In this document: positions 58,576 to 64,000 of the stretch, in pieces | Layout: every line of letters starts with the position of its first letter | Position numbering within the stretch: the stretch's first letter is position 1 | Assembly: GCA_051532055.1 (NCBI GenBank) | Contig: JAOPTX010000057.1 | Span: forward strand, 24,736-88,735 | Source of the DNA: Fibrobacterales bacterium | GTDB taxonomy: Bacteria > Fibrobacterota > Fibrobacteria > Fibrobacterales > JAOPTW01 | DNA: 64,000 nucleotides | Direction of reading: 5' to 3' | Program-made: the position numbers and the translations under genes | Notes under the pieces: model-generated | Told to the model about the DNA's origin: nothing | The model's input: only the letters and a program-made list of their open reading frames with translations | Databases searched by the model: none

Positions 58576-58767
58576 CTAATAGTCGTCTTCATCGAAGTGT
58601 TCAAACATATCATCAGCAAATGGCTTACGAGACTCGAGATCTATTTCTTCATCCTCGTCATCGAGCCCATTTGACAATGTGCCATCCTCGCCTTCCTCAT
58701 CAATGTTGATTTTGAAGTCTTCAAAATCGTCATCTAATCCTTTAGGCCTTCTACCTCTACGTGCCAT
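58576..58767 (-). CDS. Small, very acidic protein with basic N-terminus
   Basis: MARRGRRPKG followed by a D/E-dominated tail; GGTGGA upstream. Confidence 0.65.
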   Translation of the reverse strand: MARRGRRPKGLDDDFEDFKINIDEEGEDGTLSNGLDDEDEEIDLESRKPFADDMFEHFDEDDY

Positions 58768-59005
58768 ATAAATCCACCAGTTGTTTTTGTTTCCAGGTTA
58801 AAATTCTTTCTTGTTCTTAGAACATATATTCATTTTAACGTAAAGAAAATAAAAAAAATAATATTTTCAATAAATTTTCTTCATATGATCGCTCATAATA
58901 TAAAAGTTACCCAGTTTTACAATGGTTGGATATGATTTAGGTGGAAATTGTAGTGGAAATACCCCATTTGTAGCCATTCTGAGGTGAGCATACTATATTT
59001 GCCCC

Positions 59006-60088
59006 ATGACCTACCTCTCAAAATATCTCGCAACTCACTCAATTGATAGAAATAAGCACTTTCAAAGGGTGTCTAACTCCTGGAATGCTGCAGATGAATA
59101 TGCAGTTGAATTCCTTGCTCCGATACTCAAAGAATCATCACTCTCTCTACTTATTATCAATGATGAGAGTTCACTCATTACTCGTGCATTATCTCCCAAA
59201 AAGAGTAGTACGGTTGTTGATATGACCGATTCTTATAGAGAATTAGAGATAGGTGGGGCAGTAGTTAAAACTATTCCTCAGTTTTATGATTTGGAGGGAA
59301 GCTTTAATTGTGCGCTTATTCGGATACCCAAGTCACTTGAACTTTTTAAGGCTGAATTGCTCAAAACTCGAAGTTTATTAGAGCCAGACTCTAAACTGTA
59401 TGCCGTTGGAATGGTTAAACATATCTCTGCTGGATGTAAAGATCTTCTAGAAAAATGTATTGGTCCCACGAGAACTCATAAGGTTGTGAAGAAGTCGATT
59501 CTTTTTGAAGTGACTCAAATGCAGAACGATGAGTCGCACACTTTAACCTCGAGTGATTTTTATAGCCAATATCACCATGCCATTTTGGGTTCGTACAACT
59601 CTTTTCCTGGCGTATTCGCTTCAAAAAGAGTTGATGCCGGGACTGCGTTATTGTTAGAGAGTATGGAGGTGCAAGATAGCGGTGCCGTATTAGATTATGG
59701 TTGTGGAGATGGGGTAATCGCGGGGGCTCTTTTAGAACAGTCACCTAATGTTGAGGTGCATGGAATCGATATTTCATATTCGGCATTATCTACAACGATT
59801 AAAAATATTCCATCAATAACAGTACATGAGGTTGGAGGTAATTCTCTGCAAAGTGGCTATTTTGACCATATTTATAGTAATCCACCATTTCATACAGGCA
59901 CGAAATTTGATATTTCGCTTGCGCTAGGGATTATAACGGATATTGCCCGGTTGCTGAAAGTCGGTGGTTGCTTTACCCTTGTATTTAATAAAGGGCTTAA
60001 TTATACACCATACCTAAAAAAACATTTCAATACAGTCACTTTGAAAGCACAGAACAAGCGCTATCAAGTAATTGAGTGTATTAAATAG
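59006..60088 (+). CDS. Class I SAM methyltransferase, RlmG/RsmC (MTS) family
   Basis: WNAADEY, RIPKS, PGVFA..VDAGT, LDYGCGDG, SNPPFH. Confidence 0.85.
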   Translation: MTYLSKYLATHSIDRNKHFQRVSNSWNAADEYAVEFLAPILKESSLSLLIINDESSLITRALSPKKSSTVVDMTDSYRELEIGGAVVKTIPQFYDLEGSFNCALIRIPKSLELFKAELLKTRSLLEPDSKLYAVGMVKHISAGCKDLLEKCIGPTRTHKVVKKSILFEVTQMQNDESHTLTSSDFYSQYHHAILGSYNSFPGVFASKRVDAGTALLLESMEVQDSGAVLDYGCGDGVIAGALLEQSPNVEVHGIDISYSALSTTIKNIPSITVHEVGGNSLQSGYFDHIYSNPPFHTGTKFDISLALGIITDIARLLKVGGCFTLVFNKGLNYTPYLKKHFNTVTLKAQNKRYQVIECIK

Positions 60089-60097
60089 AGTTTGATA

Positions 60098-60193
60098 TTA
60101 GGCTTTAAATCCTTTTTGATTAGCAATTTTACTACTTACCATGCGAATAACAAAAGCTGATGCAAGAAGGATGATTGTGATAGAAATATTCAT
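60098..60193 (-). CDS. Putative 31-aa small membrane protein (not in ORF track)
   Basis: GGAG 6 nt upstream; MNISITIILLASAFVIRMVSSKIANQKGFKA. Confidence 0.45.
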   Translation of the reverse strand: MNISITIILLASAFVIRMVSSKIANQKGFKA

Positions 60194-60308
60194 TTGATAC
60201 TCCGTTCTAAGTGATCCATATTTAAAATTTGCACTATTTGTTAACTACTGTAAATAAGTTTTTACAGAATTGATAAATAAATGTAAAAAAAAGGTTACAG
60301 TTGTTTAG

Positions 60309-61088
60309 TTACTTTAGGCTGCTGATGAACTCTGGACCCTGTCTCATGAGAGATTCTCCAACAAGTACCGCGGATGTTTTATGTTCCAAAAGCAACGTAA
60401 TATCCTCTTTTGAACTAATACCGCTTTCTGAAATAAACGGAATATTTTCAGGAACCATTGGTCTTAAGTCGAGGGAGATCTGAAGATCGGTCTCAAAGGT
60501 CCGGAGATTTCGATTGTTAACTCCGATTATCTCAGCACCAGAATCAAGAGCTATGGTAACTTCGTCAGCTCTATGGGTTTCTACAAGTGCGTCGAGTCCT
60601 AAATTTTTACCAAATTGGATAAGATCAGTGAGTTCTTTTGGGCTTAAACAATCCACAATAAGAAGGTAGGCTGATGCCCCGAGTTCTTTTGCCTGTAAAA
60701 TTTGATAAGGGTCAACGATGAAATCTTTGCGTATGCAAGGGAGGGCGATAGTATCAGTGATCTCTTTTAAGTACCTATTTGCTCCCATGAAATACTTTTC
60801 ATCAGTAAGGACAGAAACTGCATGGGCACCAAATTTCTCATAATTTGTAGCAGTCTTTAAATGATCAAAATCTGCTGAGATAATACCTTTGGAAGGAGAA
60901 GCTTTTTTAACTTCAGCAATTACTTTCATTGATGTGTAATCTAGATTTGTGATCGCTTCTTTAAATGATGCATTTGGCTGAGGGAGATCTACAATACGGT
61001 CATAGAGAGTACTATAATTCACTATTGCTTTATCGTGCTCAATTACTCCACGTTTATATGCTACAATCTCTTCGAGTATATTTGCCAT
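60309..61088 (-). CDS. trpC: Indole-3-glycerol phosphate synthase
   Basis: IAEVKKASPSKG, SVLTD, RKDF, GVNNRNL, SESGI, LVGESLM. Confidence 0.97.
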   Translation of the reverse strand: MANILEEIVAYKRGVIEHDKAIVNYSTLYDRIVDLPQPNASFKEAITNLDYTSMKVIAEVKKASPSKGIISADFDHLKTATNYEKFGAHAVSVLTDEKYFMGANRYLKEITDTIALPCIRKDFIVDPYQILQAKELGASAYLLIVDCLSPKELTDLIQFGKNLGLDALVETHRADEVTIALDSGAEIIGVNNRNLRTFETDLQISLDLRPMVPENIPFISESGISSKEDITLLLEHKTSAVLVGESLMRQGPEFISSLK

Positions 61089-61290
61089 CGTTCTATTCCT
61101 TTAGGTTCAACACATATATAAAAATTTTTGTGACCCTTTTCATGGCGTCTTGATAGGTAGTGGTGAAAGTCTGCTAAAAAGACTGGATTTTCGAGAATTT
61201 TAATCTAAAATTTGTGATAAACCCTCTATAAATTGTACTGTATAGCATTAAAATTGATATTTTTGACATGAACAACAAAAGAGATATACT

Positions 61291-62148
61291 ATGAGTAGTA
61301 CTGCAATTCTATTAATACACTGTAAAGACCAAAGAGGATTAGTCTATTCTGTCACTGAATTTGTGGCTAAAAACAATGGAAATATCATTGACCTTGAGGA
61401 ACATGTAGATCCTATTGAAAATGTCTTTTTTATGCGTATTGAGTGGGACCTTAGGGATTTTTCAATTCCTAAAGATAAAATCGGAGAGTTTTTCAAAACT
61501 CTTACTGCAGTTAAATTTGATATTACTTTTAAGCTCTATTTTAGTGATCAAAAACCACGTATGGCACTATTTGTCTCTAAATATTCTCACTGCTTTTACG
61601 ATCTGCTTTCAAAGGTTCAGTCGGGTGACTTAGATGTAGATGTGCCGGTTATCATAAGTAACCATGATGACTTGCGTGAAGCTACTGAAGGTTTTGGCAT
61701 TGAATATCGACACATACCAATAACCAAAGACACAAAGGCCGCACAAGAGACAGAGGAGCTTCGTATTTTGGAAGAATTCGATATCGACTTTGTTGTTCTG
61801 GCCCGCTATATGCAAGTACTTAGTGATGATTTTATAACTCATTTTAAAAATGATGTTATTAATATCCACCACTCCTTTTTACCGGCTTTCGTTGGTGCAA
61901 AACCTTATCACCAGGCTTATAAACGAGGCGTTAAGATTATAGGGGCAACCAGCCATTATGTGACGGCTGAGCTAGATGCAGGCCCTATTATTGAACAAGA
62001 TGTAGCCCATGTTTCACATCAAGACAGTATTGAAGATATGGTTCGTAAGGGTCGTGATGTTGAGAAGAATGTACTTGGTCGTGCCGTTTGGAATCATGCC
62101 AACCGCAAGGTGTTAGCCTATAAAAACAAAACAGTCGTTTTTCGTTGA
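61291..62148 (+). CDS. purU: Formyltetrahydrofolate deformylase
   Basis: ACT domain C.DQRGLV; LARYMQVL, INIHHSFLPAF.GAKPY, LDAGPIIEQ. Confidence 0.97.
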   Translation: MSSTAILLIHCKDQRGLVYSVTEFVAKNNGNIIDLEEHVDPIENVFFMRIEWDLRDFSIPKDKIGEFFKTLTAVKFDITFKLYFSDQKPRMALFVSKYSHCFYDLLSKVQSGDLDVDVPVIISNHDDLREATEGFGIEYRHIPITKDTKAAQETEELRILEEFDIDFVVLARYMQVLSDDFITHFKNDVINIHHSFLPAFVGAKPYHQAYKRGVKIIGATSHYVTAELDAGPIIEQDVAHVSHQDSIEDMVRKGRDVEKNVLGRAVWNHANRKVLAYKNKTVVFR

Positions 62149-62245
62149 TTTTAAGTATTCACCTACTGTGTTATTTTTAGCTCGACGTACTGGCGTACGC
62201 CTTCGCTTAAAATGCCTTGTATTTGAGCACTTAAAATTACCGAAA
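62140..62245. mobile_element. Correia/NEMIS-like miniature inverted-repeat element, copy B (~106 nt)
   Basis: Terminal IR TTTCG.TGATTTTAAGT / ACTTAAAATTA.CGAAA; core CTCGACGTACTGGCGTACGCCT shared with copy A. Confidence 0.6.
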
Positions 62246-62316
62246 TAGTGGGGTCGCTTGACACACTGTAGGTGTGTCGTTGCTTTCCATTGCATTCCGT
62301 AGTTTTTATTTGTTGA

Positions 62317-63333
62317 TTATTTGAAGCTGTTGGTTTTTTCTATGAGGGCTTCTAGGGTTTTGAGGGCGGCGCCAGAGTCGATTGATTCTTTGGCTTTTTC
62401 GATGCCTTCTTTGAATGATTCAGTTTTACCACCAACATAGATGGCTGCGCCGGCGTTAAGGACTACGATATCCCTACAAGGGCCGAGCTTGCCTGAAAGG
62501 ACTTCTTTGAGGATTCGGGCATTGTCATCAGGGCCTTCGCCTAATAGGGTGTCTGGGGTGCTTATAGTGAAACCATAATCAGTGGGGTTGATTTTGAAGG
62601 TTGAGAGCTGGCCGTCTTTATATTCACTTACTTGTGTGGCATCGCATATTGAGATTTCGTCTATACCATCATCGCCGGCTACAACCCAAACATGTTCAGA
62701 GCCCAGCTCACCGAGTACTGCTGTAAGAGTAGGGGTGAGGCTCTGGTCGAATACACCCATTACTTGGCGTTTTGCGCCAGCTGGATTTGTGAGGGGGCCG
62801 AGCACATTGAAGATACTTCGTTGGGCTATTTCTTTTCGAGGGCCCACTACATTTTTCATTGCAGGGTGGAGTAGTGGAGCATATAAAAAGGAGATTCCAA
62901 CAGTATCAATACACTCTCCTGCTTGTTCTGGAGTTATTTCGAGATTGAGACCCAGAGATGCGAGCACGTCTGAACTTCCACTTTTTGAAGAAATACTCCG
63001 ATTTCCATGCTTAGCAACCGGGACGCCCGCTCCCGCAACAACAAATGCAGCGGTAGTAGAAATGTTAAAACTTCCACTGGAATCACCACCGGTTCCACAG
63101 GTATCGACGCATCCAGTAGTTTTCATTGGAATGGGGGTAACTTTTTCTCGCATTACATATGCTGCACCAGAAATCTCTTCCTTACTTTCACCTGTCATTC
63201 TTTGGGCAATAAGGTAGGCGCCAATCTGGGCATCCGTAGCCTCTCCCGACATTATTTGATTAAAAACAGCGATAGTTGTTTCTTTAGAAAGGTTTGTACC
63301 TTGAATTAACTGTTTAATTGCTTCTTTGATCAT
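62317..63333 (-). CDS. trpD: Anthranilate phosphoribosyltransferase
   Basis: DTCGTGGD, NISTT, KHGNR..SSKSGS, FNVLGPLTNPA, DGIDE, LNAG. Confidence 0.97.
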   Translation of the reverse strand: MIKEAIKQLIQGTNLSKETTIAVFNQIMSGEATDAQIGAYLIAQRMTGESKEEISGAAYVMREKVTPIPMKTTGCVDTCGTGGDSSGSFNISTTAAFVVAGAGVPVAKHGNRSISSKSGSSDVLASLGLNLEITPEQAGECIDTVGISFLYAPLLHPAMKNVVGPRKEIAQRSIFNVLGPLTNPAGAKRQVMGVFDQSLTPTLTAVLGELGSEHVWVVAGDDGIDEISICDATQVSEYKDGQLSTFKINPTDYGFTISTPDTLLGEGPDDNARILKEVLSGKLGPCRDIVVLNAGAAIYVGGKTESFKEGIEKAKESIDSGAALKTLEALIEKTNSFK

Positions 63334-63456
63334 GGGTAACCAGCAGTGATTTTTTGTTAAAAATATGAATTCTTATAGAATTTTGAGAACAATTTATTGG
63401 TTTTTAAAATATTCTATGGTAGAATGATTCCAATAACCGAACTGTAGGAGTAACTT

Positions 63457-63948
63457 ATGAAGTTTATTAAAAAAGTTGCATTATTGGCATTGGTATCTGT
63501 CAGTATGCTGAGTGCTGGAGACAAAGAAGATCTTCAATTAATTATGAAGAAAGTAGATCAGGCTGTTGCTCTTGTCGAGAAAAAAGGGACTGCTGCTTTT
63601 AAAGAATTTAAAAAAGAGAAGGGTGAATTCCGTTTTATAGGCACTTATATCTGGATTCATGATTTAAGTGGAATAATGCTTATGCATCCTATTAAAACAA
63701 AACTTGAAGGTAAAAACATAATTGGATTGAAAGATGGAAATGGAAAACGATTTTTTGTTGAAATGAACAGTAAAATAAAAGCTGACGGAGAGGGTTGGGT
63801 TCACTATACATGGCCAAAACCAGGAGAGAAAAAACGTTCCGATAAAGTCTCATATGTTAAAAAGGCAATGTTAAAGGGGAAGGTGGTTGTCATTGGGAGT
63901 GGAATATACGACCATACCTTAGAATCGGTTACTAAACTTTTAAAGTAA
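63457..63948 (+). CDS. Stand-alone exported Cache domain protein
   Basis: Signal peptide; YIWIHD, HP...GKN..GLKD.NGK, GWV.Y.WPKPG, K.SYV, GSGIY. Confidence 0.9.
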   Translation: MKFIKKVALLALVSVSMLSAGDKEDLQLIMKKVDQAVALVEKKGTAAFKEFKKEKGEFRFIGTYIWIHDLSGIMLMHPIKTKLEGKNIIGLKDGNGKRFFVEMNSKIKADGEGWVHYTWPKPGEKKRSDKVSYVKKAMLKGKVVVIGSGIYDHTLESVTKLLK

Positions 63949-64000
63949 ATTGAAGTAACATTTATAATAGGGCGTTCCAAGGGGCGTCTTATTTGATGAT

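Noticed and set aside
62582..63217. 211-aa plus-strand ORF
   Set aside because: Antisense shadow of trpD

Overview
Ordinary, AT-rich chromosomal window with no prophage, transposase, CRISPR-cas, tRNA or rRNA genes seen. It is most likely from a Fibrobacterota bacterium (inferred from a FISUMP-domain lipoprotein, a TIGR02147/DUF4423-like protein, Ser-rich lipoprotein linkers and a GH5 lipoprotein). Housekeeping genes include trpBA, trpC, trpD, pyrE, pyrD, dcd, dnaG, gdhA, queC, hisC-hisN, comEC, fbaA, uppP, hemW, purU and pepP, mixed with lipoproteins, regulators and transporters. Features missed by the ORF track: an SRP (4.5S) RNA gene at ~6625-6722, two diverged Correia-like MITEs overlapping the gdhA and purU stop codons, a ~41-nt-period hairpin array, a three-hairpin sRNA candidate next to hisC, a structured intergenic element at ~7.9-8.1 kb, several small ORFs with ribosome-binding sites, and 11-bp and 21-bp periodic operator-like repeats. 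The best candidate for an undescribed system is the GH5 / TIGR02147 / carbohydrate-binding-like lipoprotein module at 34.8-38.9 kb. All family assignments are from motif recognition by eye; no searches were run.
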